Assembly (NCBI GenBank): GCA_021432655.1
Contig: MU271542.1
Span: 1 to 34,206, forward strand
Length of the DNA: 34,206 nt
Direction of reading: 5' to 3'
Source: Atractiella rhizophila
Taxonomy: Eukaryota
The notes beneath the pieces were generated by a model. It saw only the letters and a program-made list of their open reading frames with translations, was not told where the DNA came from and did no database searches. Position 1 is the stretch's first letter. Each line of letters begins with the position of its first letter. Shown in pieces: positions 12,904 through 24,982 of the stretch. A program made the translations under genes and the position numbers.

Positions 12904-14992
12904 ATGTCTCCTATCACGTTATCGATAAAACCCTTTGCGAGACCACAACGGACCAATCCAAAGTCACGAAAAACGACTAGGGTATTGGCGACTGTTTCTA
13001 TTTTCTTGTCCTTCGCTGGACGAGCATATTCCCAGGCTCCTTTCGAACCGCCAGGCAATCAGGTCATCTTTGGAGCTTGGATCGATACAGCTGCAGGTGA
13101 CTCGTCTCTTTCGCATGTTGCTAGCTAGAATCGCCAGTAGTAGAGCTGGGGTTGTTATGACAATATAGACTTCCATTTTTGTTCAGGACATAAAACCTAG
13201 CCGGGTTATTGCGAGAGAATCCAATATTGATTCTGAGTCGAGTTTAGGATTCTCTGATACACCAACCTGGTTCAATGAGCGGTTAGGACGGTATCTGTTA
13301 CTTCTCCCAGCTTCACTTCTGGGAAACTGACAGTCACCTGTAGACTCGTGCCAGTGTATCAAGTCTCGCAACCGATACCATTACCTCCTTATAACTACAC
13401 AACGGGAGCCGGCGGCCCTGCGCCAGCCAACTTGATCGAACGAAGTGGAACTGATGCTGTCCGTTCCTCTTCAGCTCTTACAACTTGGAGAGTTGAATTG
13501 ATGAAATGAAGGAATTAGGCAATATTTCTCACCGTCTATCCGGTTGACGGCTTCGAAGCAGTCACACAAGCAGATATCGATGCACTGGCAAATCAGCTTG
13601 CTGACTGTGCGCCATTCCTCCGTTATTCCACTATAGCAGCAAGCTTTGACGAGCTTTCTAAAAGATCACGAGCTCAATGACCGGACGTGCTTTCTTCGCT
13701 ACGCTCCTGAGATGCAAGGAAATTGGAACAGATATTCAAGCCAACCGACCGCTTTCATTGAGCAGTTCCGTCAAGTGCACACGACAGTTAAAACGCGTAG
13801 TCCGACTACAATAATGTGTGTGCTGTTTTCATGCCTGCTTATTGCACCTGAGCGTGCCGGAACAAAGGGTTTGGGCGCCGAATACGGGTCAAGGGTATGT
13901 TGCATCTGTATTACCTCCCGTCTGAAAATGGTGAATCATCAGATATCCCTATGGTCAGACCTTCCCTGATGCGGATCGTTCCGGCAACGTCGCCGCTGAC
14001 ACGCTTGCACTCGATACAAATGGGGATGGGCAGCTAACGAATCTAGACGACCCTTATAGTCCCTACTGGCCGGGTAGGGACTGCTTTGTTTTTCGAATTT
14101 CACTAATACATGATTGCCGTAGGGGATCAATACGTTGATTGGGCGGGATTGTCCATTTGTGTGTCTTCCGTCACCAGGTGTTTTCATGCTCAAGTAACCC
14201 AATACAGACTATAAAGGACCAGGAGGCCAAGATATCAATGTCGTTCAAGAGGGAGGATATTGCAGCGACATTTTCGACGGCAGTTCCAATGACAATGTTG
14301 GTGTAATCGGAGCAGACTCTGATTTTTACACAACGTATTGCACACCGTACCCGAACATCGCTTGTATGGTACGCTTCCTCCGGCACGAGAGTATAAAGAA
14401 AATCATTGGCGTCACAGATGGCAGAATCTGCCGCTGCATGGCACGAGGAGTTCCCAGATTCTGGAGACACACAGCAAGCCCTTCAAGCGGCCTGGATCCA
14501 CGATTGCATCACCAACGTTACCATGTTGGATTCTCATCCCAGGTTGAAACTGATCATGCAATTCGAGTATATCAAGGAGGAAGAATCGAATTCTGGAGGA
14601 ATGGATCTGAGAGATTTCAGAGTGACAAATGAGACTGAGTGTTTATCAGAGCTTCAGCTGGCCTTCAACACGATTGGAGATAGGTATTCTTGGTACGTTC
14701 TATCGGGATCCTCCGCGCCAAACATACTCAATAGGCGCAAAGGGCAAATGTGCAAGAAATCCCCACCTCCATCAGTTCTGCTGGACAGCCTGGTCCCATA
14801 ACAAATTCGCTGGGAGAAACGGTTTCAACTGAGGCTCCAGTTGTCTCAATGACGACAAGACCTCGCTCATCCGACTTTCCAACACTGTTCGGGGTGAAGA
14901 ATTCGAACGCCTTTGCGAAGGAAATGTTCGAGCTCTCTGTCGTTATTGGAGCCGGCATTTTGGGGTTTGCTTCTTTGTTTAGATGGATTTGA
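12904..14992 (+). CDS. Secreted GH26-like glycoside hydrolase, probably GPI-anchored
   Basis: Signal-like VLATVSIFLSFAGRAYSQ followed by FGAWIDT, IFLTVYP, FLRYAPEMQGNW (candidate acid/base Glu), VWAPN, LDTNGDGQLT..DDPYSPYWPG|DQYVDWAGLS, MAESAA (candidate nucleophile Glu), an S/T-rich stalk and hydrophobic C-terminus LSVVIGAGILGFASLFRWI*. Start codon uncertain. Confidence 0.8.
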
Positions 14993-15400
14993 GGAAGCTT
15001 CTATACGTAAATATTCTTCTTCATAAAGTTTTTGTTGGATTGTCCACTTGACGTTTTTGATAGACCATAGGACTACTTTTTTGCACTTTAAATCTTGCTG
15101 AAGCTCATTTCAACCGATCACTTTTCTCTCCTTTCTGTTCGCTGGCCACCATCCCGCTACTTCAACCCCCTCGTTAGAGTTAAAGGTCTCACCTAATGGC
15201 ATTAACAGAAGACTAGTTGTTCCCACACCCGCAATGTCCCTCCTCAATCCTGCTGCCTGCTCTTCTGCAAAGGATGGTTGTGCTAAGTTTGTTGCAGAAC
15301 TCAAACTTTGTTCACGTTTCAATCATCAGGCTGCTTTGCCGCTCAGCCAATCAGCCAATACCAGAGCTATTGTATCTCTTTACGTCTGATCAAATTTGAG

Positions 15401-16976
15401 ATGTCTGCATCAATCTCCTCTTTCAACTATCCATCAGAGATGGTTGGTACGATTCCAGGCTCGATTTCTGCTTCTTTTCATTGAACTCAGTTTAGGAATG
15501 TTCTTTGAGGGAGATCACAAAGTATCTCTCAAAACTGTTCCTGTTCCTGTTCTCGCTTCTGGCCAATATTTGCTGGAGATGAGAGCCAGTGCACTCTGTG
15601 GGAGTGATCTGAGGGCACTTTACAAGCCAAAGGAGATTAATAAGATCGGGGATGAAGGCTACAGAGACGTTGTCGGAGGACATGAGCGTCAGTCCTTTGT
15701 TGTTGCCTTGCTGGTCAACGATCTCTGTTTGAAATGTCATTTTAGCTTGTGGAAAGGTCATAGCAGTAGGATCGAATTGTACGCATTTCAAGGAAGGCGA
15801 TCGAGTGGTTGTTTATCACATTCATGGCTGTGGTGCCTGCCGTAACTGTCGTCGAGGAACCTTCATATCCTGCGAAAATTCGGCGCTGCGAAAAGCTTAT
15901 GGGTGGCAACGCAATGGAGGTCATGGAGAAGTAAAGTCTATCCTTCCCCAATATATGTGAGGTGGTGATTGACGGCGTCGTTGCAAGTACATTGTTGCCG
16001 ATGAGGCAGATCTTGTCAGACTACCAGATGAATTGACTTACCTTGACGGAGCCATGGTGGCTTGTGGACTAGGCACGTAGATTTAGCCTATTCCCTAGTT
16101 TCTAATGATGTCCGGAAGGCACTGCTTATGCAGGCATCCTCAGAGCCGAAGTATCTGGCTTAGATACTGTTATTGTCACTGGTGAGCACTTTTATCCCAG
16201 TAGAGCATAAAATTTACAAAGAAGCACCGAGAACAGGTTTGGGACCAGTCGGCCTCGGCGCTGCCCAGCTTGCAAGTCTCATTGGCGCAAAGGTCCTGGG
16301 AGTTGAGTTCGATGCCGGACGACGAGAATTCGCGAAGCAATTTCTAGGAGAGAACAATGTGATTGGAACCGATGACGCTGAAGAGAAGATCAAGAACTGG
16401 ACCGACGGATATGGTCCCAGCGTATGCATTGATTGCAGTGGCGCTGCTAGCGCTAGGCTCCTCTGCCTGCAAGTCGCGAGGCAATGGGGAAGAACTGTTT
16501 TTATAGGGGAAGGTGGAAAAGGTAAGCGATTTTTCTTACTATGTTGCATGGGAAACCTAAAGTGCAGGTGGTAGTTGAATTTGATGTTTCGAAGCTCGTT
16601 ATTCATAAGAGCTTAACCATCTACGGAAGGTTCGACCGTTATGTTATTCTAAAGCAAGAGCTGAATCTGATTGCTTAGTTGGGTATGCTCAATAGGTCAG
16701 ATGGAGGACTTGATTGAGAAAGTAAGTCAGCACTCTGCTTTGAACAGCTTATTCTTACCCCATGTCTTCACAGCTCGTCAGATGGAAGTTCCATCCGGAA
16801 GTTTGTCCATTCCGTTGAACATAACGGCAGCGCTTGAAGCTTACCCGTTTTAGGTCGTAGTTTCTCATACGTTCTCTCTCATGGAAGCGCCGTTAGCCTA
16901 CGAAACTTTCAATGGAGGTAAAACAGGCAAAGTTGCCATGATACATCCAGACGAAAGAATGCTATCTCAGCATTAG
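15401..16976 (+). CDS. Zinc-dependent medium-chain dehydrogenase (threonine/iditol dehydrogenase-like MDR), 9 introns
   Basis: ASALCGSD (catalytic Zn Cys), GHEP, GDRVVV, structural Zn motif [36 protein letters not shown], Rossmann [15 protein letters not shown], and C-terminal GKTGKV. Confidence 0.92.
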
Positions 16977-17643
16977 TTGATGACTGTATGGCTGGCTCTG
17001 AGATTTCATAACGTCGAAAGGAGAAGTGAAACTGTACAACCCAACTTGTCCGTGTCAGCTTCTTCAGCCTGCTTGACGATACCGAAAGGTTATGGTATTT
17101 CAAATGCTTTTACTAACGGATGTATACTTAACTGAAGGCGATGTATGGTTTTAAAGAATGCATAAAGAGATATAGATACACACGTTGTATTTTGATATTA
17201 TCACGTGAGACATGATCTAGATAAGCGACGAACAATACTTGCACTCGTATATCTCCTCGCTGAGTTATCTGGATAATACGAGGTAGGTGACTGTAGCTAC
17301 TGTCTTAGCTCTGTTCCTGGCGCTGCCAATGTTCTGGCAGCAAAACTTTGTGGAAAGGCGAGGCACTTTGAAGCGGTTGTCCTCCTCTTGCGTGTTCGAA
17401 TTGTTCTCTTTCACCTGAGTTTATGAGAGGCAGGCATAACTCATCCACCTCTTCTTATTCAAGGAGCTGAAGCGCGTTCAAAGCTAAACGTGCTGTCTAG
17501 CGTGTTAAACTGACGTTTAATTTGGCCACGGTCGACCAGATAATAGTAGCTAGATTGCTAAACATCTTATTCATTGATGTGAGAAGTTAGGTTACGTTAT
17601 TGTTTTTATATTAATATGGTAACGTCAACAGGAAGAATGAAGT

Positions 17644-18642
17644 ATGGAGAATGAGAATTTGCCACGTCTTGCGCAACCACCAATGGACCCATCGAGCTAT
17701 CCTCTCCCATCTGTCACGGCTCTACGATCACGCCTTGCACACACCATAGACTCCATCGCGAACCTACAGGACCTTATCCTTCGAAGCGGTGCTGACTGGT
17801 CGACGGTGTTGCCGCAGTATAACATCCTGCTTTCATCTGCGACTGCACTCCTAAAGGGCATTCGACAGGATGAATTCCGAAATTTGGTCGTCCATCCTAG
17901 CACTGGGACTGAAGCAGGAGGAATTTGGGACACAGAACAGGAAGGGCTTGAGGAGCAGGTTACTGGACTGACCAAGCAAGCCTTGGTGAGTGCATTTCTT
18001 CTCTTGTTGGAGAAAAAGCTTAATGCCATCCTCCTCAAGTTACCTGAAATCCACTCGACTGATTCAGAACATCTCGCTGGCTTGGGAATCCCAGTAGCGT
18101 CAAAGATGACTGATCCCAACGCTCTTCCAGATGCTTCCCCTCATCAAGGTCGCCTGAAGGAACTCATCCGAGAGCATGATGAGGTCATTGCTTCTGCAAC
18201 AAGTGCGCTAGAGGAGCTAGAGGAAACAGGTGGTTACGATTGGAGAGCTCGTATACCTCCTGAAGACGAGGACGAGGATGAGGATGGAGAGATGGAGGAG
18301 CTTTTTGGAGGAACAGGGAAGAAGAACAAAAAGGCGAAGGAATCAGAAAAGCAAGGGCAGACTACACCGAAAATCACGATGGAGGTATTGGAGCAATTCG
18401 TGAAAGGGAAGAACACTCGACCAATCCGGTTCCCTCAGCCTGCTAAAGCAGTGCCTAAACCAGTGGAGTCAGTTGTGGTGGAGACAAAACAACCTGAACC
18501 AGTAACACAGCCAGCGACTTTATCTCAAAAGGACTCGCAGCGGACACCAATTTCTCAGGAACGAGCTCAAGAAGACCCTCAAAAAGACTTCACGGATGTA
18601 GAAATGGAAGTAGATGTGGGCCTGTCATCTGCGTTTGGATAA
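17644..18642 (+). CDS. MED8: Mediator complex subunit Med8-like
   Basis: ALRSRLAHTIDSI..DWSTVLPQYNILLS..L..FRNLVVHP matches the Med8 N-terminal pattern, followed by TKQAL|LPEI. A probable 54-nt in-frame intron lies at 17986-18039 (gtgagt..caag). Confidence 0.75.
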   Translation: MENENLPRLAQPPMDPSSYPLPSVTALRSRLAHTIDSIANLQDLILRSGADWSTVLPQYNILLSSATALLKGIRQDEFRNLVVHPSTGTEAGGIWDTEQEGLEEQVTGLTKQALVSAFLLLLEKKLNAILLKLPEIHSTDSEHLAGLGIPVASKMTDPNALPDASPHQGRLKELIREHDEVIASATSALEELEETGGYDWRARIPPEDEDEDEDGEMEELFGGTGKKNKKAKESEKQGQTTPKITMEVLEQFVKGKNTRPIRFPQPAKAVPKPVESVVVETKQPEPVTQPATLSQKDSQRTPISQERAQEDPQKDFTDVEMEVDVGLSSAFG

Positions 18643-18764
18643 TACGATGAAAATTTTCAACAAGCCTATATACAGGAAAGTGAAGAACGGTAGCAGTTGA
18701 AAAAATGTATACATTCATGCCTAGGTAGACTCAATGAAAGCTGTTACATACGTGGATAAATCGC

Positions 18765-20198
18765 CTAATCAAGGTACCCAGCTTTATCAGCAACAAGGGA
18801 TGAAGGAGTGGCAACTAAAGGTGGAAGTGGAGGTGGTGACTCTCGTGATGCCTGCGCCGCCTGAGGACTTGGAATTTCATCGGTCGCGGGAGAGGGAGTT
18901 CTGAACCGTCCATCAAGAGACAGGGCATTGGTATCCAAAGGTCGGAGTGAATACGATTCATGTTCTGGTATAGGGGTCTTTCCTCGCTCTCTCCTGCTTC
19001 TCGCTCGTTCCACTGCTTCATTCCACACCCTTTGGCCTTCTTCGTCCCTTCGTAACCTCAAGTTACACACAAAATCGACCGTCCTCTCTTTCACCACTTC
19101 TAGCTTCTCACCTTCAAGGCTTCGGATGATTCCACCTAGGTCTTGCTTCCAACGACCCTCTACATGTGCTTCTAGAGTGGAACATGACTGCCCAAGGCGT
19201 TCAATTTCCCGAATGACCATTGAAATATCGTCTTCTGGTAGGTCGAACCACAAGAAACCAACTTGGCCGAGAGCGGAGTTGGCGGCAATGAATAGTTGTC
19301 GAAAGAAGTTGATGCGCTGATGGGGAAGTGGAAGGAGCCAGCGTGATATTCTGGAATAGGAGAGTGGTTGGTAATTGAAGTTCGAGGAAGGGAGAGGAGA
19401 CACGATCTCATAAAATTCCAGGGCAAGTAAGAGAAGGAAGAGGATAGGGCGCCACTATGAGCACAGCAAATCAGCATTACGTCTCTAAGAAAAGGAATTT
19501 GTACCCAAGAGAGGATGGAAGGACGATTTGGGTCGGTCGGCTTGCTAGCAGTCCGACCAAAGTAGAAAAGAAAGAAGCCGGTGACAGCGTAGAACCCAAA
19601 AACTTCCGTCCTGAGTCCTTTGAGAAAATTGTCCCTCCGTGATACAGGTCGCTTCTCAGGAGGCGAACTGAGCACTTTCTCGATGTAGTCTGGTCCAAAT
19701 CTGCAATCAGGACAATCATGGATGAATCAATGCCCATGTGCTCAATGACGAAATACCACACCTTTCCCATCCCCAACGCAACCCTTCTGGTGCCAGATCG
19801 TCTTCTCCAGTATAACCGCTATTGGAGTCTCCCGCTAGTACAAGAACACCTTTCCCCATCTCAAGCCATGTTTTTGGATCACCGCCCTTGTCGGGATGGT
19901 TTGTCCTTGCCGCCAGTCGATAAGCTTTCCTGACTTCTCCTTGACCGACGAAACGGTCTGAACGCAAACCGAGTAGCTGATAGTAGTTCGGACCAGGCGG
20001 AGAAAGGAGGGAGGGAAGGAGAGTCACAAGGAGGTAGACGCCGATGAGAAAGGTCCTCGCCCACTTGACATGTTGCTGATGTTGTGGTGCCGACTTCGGC
20101 CTCGAATTTGGAGATACGGTATAGAAAACACGAAGGCAGAAAGGGGTAACGAATGACGGAGCAAAGTTCAAAAGAATAAGAGACACTAGAGGTCTCAT
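18765..20198 (-). CDS. Membrane-associated DnaJ (J-domain) protein
   Basis: N-terminal hydrophobic helices, J-domain NYYQLLGL..EVRKAYRLAARTNHPDK..WGWER|FGP with intact HPD, then further TM segments (FYAVTGFFLFYF; WRPILFLLLLALEF; FFRQLFIA). Two introns. Confidence 0.85.
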
Positions 20199-21199
20199 CT
20201 TGTTGACTCTACTGTTAGGTTGAACACCTGAGCGCGCGATGCACAATGTTAGCGATCGTTTCACAAGAAAGAAATGAATGGAACAGTTCAGTCGATCAGG
20301 TTCAGCGGCTATTGCGCTTCTTCACAATTGTTCTCTTCTGCCCGCAGCGTCACTGCAATTTAACCCGCCATCCATACGAATCTGACGATTAAGCTTAACG
20401 ACAGCGCGTTGGGCCTCCTACACATAGTGCAGAAGGGACGGGGATAATCTACCCAAAGGAAAAATCCATCTGTATCCACTCGTCTGCCTTGAATCTGCAG
20501 GCGGTCGAGCTTGGCCAACCATGGGCGTATACATGTCTCCAAAACCTTTGCGTGCACTTTCCACAGATTCACAGGCAGGTTTGAGAACGAGCTGTACTAA
20601 AACTGGGCGTACACTTCGTTGCCATTGCTGGTGTGAGGAAAAGACGCCTAAGCCAATTTGGACCGCAACTGCCGCGTTCCGCAAGAAACACTGTAGAAGC
20701 GGAGGTTTCATCTTCGTCTCGCCTTACGGATTCATTGCTCCAGTGAGCTCAAGGAGAGAATCCAGGAAATAAGACGTGCTCTGACGGCAAGGGCTCAAAC
20801 CTTTTACGAATCATCCTTTCGACACGAAACCTACTCCGCTGTACAGAAAAGAGATCCTCACCTGTTTCAGCTCAATATATATTTACTACCCTCCCGTGCC
20901 TTCCTTGTTTCCCTTTCTAGTCTTTGCACCGTCGTTGTTGGTTGATTGTGACAATTTACACTAAGGTTAATAAAACTCATATCGCGGAGTTGTGCACGTG
21001 GAAACTCTGTTGTGAACTTTACCTTTGTTTACCGCTCACAAGCTCTCATGCATTGCTTGCTCCCTTGATCTTTTGACCCTGCAAATGCCATCCAAACACT
21101 GTTCAATATCATCCTGGTGTCCTATATAACCCTTGCCCTGCAGCTCGTGCAGTTGCAGAACTCCCTACACCGGGTCTCGATCGATTCTAGGTCATAGTC

Positions 21200-22680
21200 A
21201 TGAAGGCGTCAACTCAAGCTGACTTGCACCTTGGACTCAGCTCCTTAAAGTCGTCATTGGCGTTGAAGACTTGGACCTTTCGACCTCCCAACGATTACGC
21301 GTATCACAATGGATCCCCATATGTGAAGAAAGGAAAGCGAAAGCACCCAAGCTCCCTGAAACGTGCTGACTCTCTTCGATGCAAGCGTCCGGCACTCTTG
21401 TCTTCTTCGTCCTCTTCTGTCGTTGAAATGATAGAGGAGAAAGACGATTTTCTCTCATTATCCCTAGACTGCTTCCCATTGGAGCCTCCTTTGTCTCCAG
21501 AACTAATTTACGCCCCGTTGCTACCTCTCTCTCACGAATCCGAAGAACCTCTGGATCTCGCTGATCGAGTGCTTTCCCTTGTTTCAACCGATGCACTCCA
21601 AAGTATCCGGGAAGATGATTTCGATATTTCTGAAGCAGAAGAAGGGCATGGGAAGTTTGGAAAGATCTTTCGAGCGAGCATGAAGAAGGACGGTCGAGTG
21701 TTTGCGATCAAACGCGTGACGCCTTCGACGGAAGAGGAGATTCGCCACTTCGATCACGAAGTAGAGATGTGCGAAGAGGTTCGACGACTTGGATCTCATC
21801 CCTTCATCCTCGAATTCCAGGGTCACTTTTACAGCGAATACACGTCCTCCCTCGTCTTCCCACTCATGTCTTCCCTTACGGTCTTTAATATCTTGCCACG
21901 CTTGACAATGGAAAGCTCCCTTCAGGACTACTCCACCATCCGATTCTATCTCTCCCAACTCGTCTTGGCAGTCTCCTTTTTACACAACCGAAACGTCTAT
22001 CATCGTGACATTAAACCAGAAAATATGCTCCTCCATCCAATCACAGGTTCGTTGGTCCTGGGAGACTTCGGATCGTGTATTATCGTTCCTCCGTCCACCG
22101 ACCACATATCGGACTGTCAGCTCAACGGAACACCGGAATATACGGCCCCAGAGTTGGTCCCACAGTGCATGGATCGAGAGCGTGGCACCCGGGAGCGTTC
22201 TTAAGTTTATAGACGCGAGGAAAGAGAAGGGGAGGCTGGCTGCTCCTGATTGGTGGGGTGTTGGGCTTGTCGCATACGAAATGTGCCTTGCAGCATTACC
22301 GTACACGAGAGATAGGTATGCAGTTTTCGAAACATGCAACACCCACATTAACCGTACTCAAACTTCACAACAGTAATGACCCAGAGAATGTCGAGTTGTA
22401 CTTCGCTATCTCCTCGTTCGACTCGGTGCCATTCCCGAAAACTTTCTCAGCTCTTCCCCAAGACGTTCAACAATTGTTGAAGAGGTTTTTGGAGAAAGAA
22501 TGGAAAAAGAGATTGGGATGTGGCGAGAAGAAGGAGGATGAAGTCATGGAAATGTCCTTCTTTCGTGGAGTAGACTGGAAGGGGATGCTTCTGGGTAGTA
22601 CGCATCCATGGGGTGGCGCTGAGGGGTTCTGCAGGGTGTTAAAGGAGGCAGAAGAATGGGAAGACCAAGAAGATGAGTAG
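21200..22680 (+). CDS. Divergent AGC-like Ser/Thr protein kinase (kinase 1)
   Basis: GHGKFGKIF, FAIK, HPFIL, HRDIKPEN, DFG, GTPEYTAPE, DWWGVG, KRLG..FFRGVDW. There is a frame discontinuity at ~22167-22212 and a GT-AG intron at 22316-22373. TATA-like TATATAA at ~21123. Confidence 0.85.
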
Positions 22681-23311
22681 GTTTCGTGCCGTAAGGGTCA
22701 TCGCATGTCTCCATGCCATGCTGCAAATGCAGTTCTTGCAATGAATATAGTTTATGGCGAGTCGCTACGCAATGCAAATTGGACAAAGCAGCAATGGCTG
22801 CTGATGCACTGATCGATAACATAACCCTCCAATAAAGAATAAAGAAGAATGCAGCAAATATTCCTAGTCTTTGCGCTGTACAAGGGTTCTGGAAATCACA
22901 AAACACATTTTACCCACATTCTTCGTTGCCACATTTATGACGCCCAAAATGAGCTTGAGAAACAACAACATCGATCACGCACCTGCATACACCACCAAGA
23001 CCTGTGCAAAGATAATACACGGTCCTTTTCAGCCAGATCAACGAGTGATTTTGTACGTTAATAGGTTGGCACTTTATCTGTGTGATCGTTGACGGTTGTC
23101 CATGGTGCAGGGTGCTTCCAAAAGCTGCAGTGCAGATCATTTGGGTGACGCGTGCAACATCCCTTTAGGGAGAAAGTTACACTAGCTTCAAGTTGTTCCA
23201 AGCTCCAGATGTGGAGCTCACTTCCAGTCCAGTCGATCCCAGCCTTGCTGCAGCTGGCCGCCTGACTTCAAAAGGGTTGAGGGTTGGAGAGGAGAGTTAA
23301 AGGACGACATC

Positions 23312-24748
23312 ATGGTTCACTCCTTGGCTTCGTTCAGTAAGTCGGGTAGTCCAGCGGTCCTCAAGCCTAACGCTGGAAATAGAAGAATCGGAGCGTCTTT
23401 CAGAATTTCTCAGCAAAGCTCCTGAACTGGACTTTCGCGAGCGCCAGGGATTCGAGGTTGGGAGCATCTTTCAGTCGCAACAGCACGGCAAGCAAATCAG
23501 ACTGCTTCGTCACGAAAAACGTCGTCAGATTTTCTTCGCATCGTACCTGCGCAGAGTTGTATGCTAAAGTGCCAATAATTTGAAGGTCTCGTCGCAGTAG
23601 TAAAACGTTTCCCAAAGCCAGTTTGCGACGAAAGCATGATCTCTGAATATCGACAAGAAGAGCGCGTGGCGTTTCAACTCTGCAATGCGTTGAAAAAGGA
23701 GCCTTGTCCCTTCGTGCAACAGCTTAAAATGATTCTGGAGCAAGAGACGTCAGTCTGTCTGGTGACAGAGTTCTTACAAGGAGGGGATCTTCTTGCTCTG
23801 CGGATGAAACGGGTGCGCCACCTTCTGGTCTGTCTGTATACATCTGGTTAACCATGAGAATATTACTAAAGACGTTGACGCCCATGGAGCTCAAGTTTGT
23901 AGCACTAGAATGCTTCTTGGGGGTCGATTTCTTGCATAGGAACTCCATCATTCATAGAGACTTGAAGCCAGCGAACATCGGTATCTGCAAGTTGTTATTG
24001 AGGCTTGGACTGATATAAAGGAGGTCTGACTAGAATGGCATAGCTTCGACAGGGCATATACGATTAATGGACTGGGATTATTCCATTGACGTTCCTTACT
24101 ATCGCTACACTTTATGTGCAGCTGATCACGACGGCTTTCAAGGGTATCTCGCTGTCACTTCACTTATATATATGATACTGATCAGTCGAAAGGACACCAG
24201 GCTATAACGCACCTGAACTCTTCCTCGAACGGCCGCACACGCGTTTGGTCGACTACTTCTCCTTAGGGATCATCATTTCCGAGATGATCAACAGGAATCC
24301 CTTCGTCACAAACCCCCATTCGTTCTGTACTTGTCTTAGCGACGACGAGTATTCTTCATACGCTTTTCGAGTTCTTAACGAAGAATTCTGTGCGAACTCC
24401 TGGTCCGGTGATGGGATCATGAAGGACTGGAACAATCGAGAATTGAGCAGCGTTGCCGACTTGATTCAACGCTTGACAAAGAAGGATCCCAAGAAGCGCC
24501 TTGGGAAGGACTTCTATAAGGATATCCTGAACCATCATTTCTTCAGCTGCTTCGACTCCATCAGGAAGAACGAACCGAAAAAGTGGAAAGCACTTCTCAC
24601 AGGCGATTTCGAGGCGCCAGCCTCCTTCTTAGACAGTTACGAAGACGAGGCAGATGTGAAGAAGTTCCAGCATGCGATAAAGAAAGAGTGGGAGCCGTTA
24701 GACGTGAAGAGATGTTGGGTTTTCCACGACACTCAAACCAAGCAGTAA
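23312..24748 (+). CDS. Divergent AGC-like protein kinase or pseudokinase (kinase 2)
   Basis: AVVK, CPFVQQL, LVTEFLQGGDL, FLHRNSIIHRDLKPANI, GHIRLMDWD, GTPGYNAPE, VDYFSLG, LIQRLTKKDPKKRLG..ILNHHFF. The 5' exon structure and start are uncertain. Confidence 0.8.
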
Positions 24749-24982
24749 ATCAAGAAACTTCGCACCAAAGAGTAGCATTTGGTTTGTAGGCACTTGTCGT
24801 CATTTGCCTTCTGAATAGGTGACAGCAACGTTTGTTTTTTGATCGATGATATTGAGCATTGTAGTATACTCAGACTCCTCAAGTACATATATGCAATATT
24901 TTGATTTTGGTAGAGGATATCGAAACATAACGATATTTCGTTCGTAAGAGCATATGGTAAGTTCGGCTCCATGGAGGAATCA

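Noticed and set aside
65..16976. Possible PAL-centred secondary-metabolite cluster (PAL, dehydrogenase, hydrolase)
   Set aside because: The genes are separated by housekeeping genes, and there is no CoA ligase, PKS/NRPS, P450, transporter or cluster regulator.
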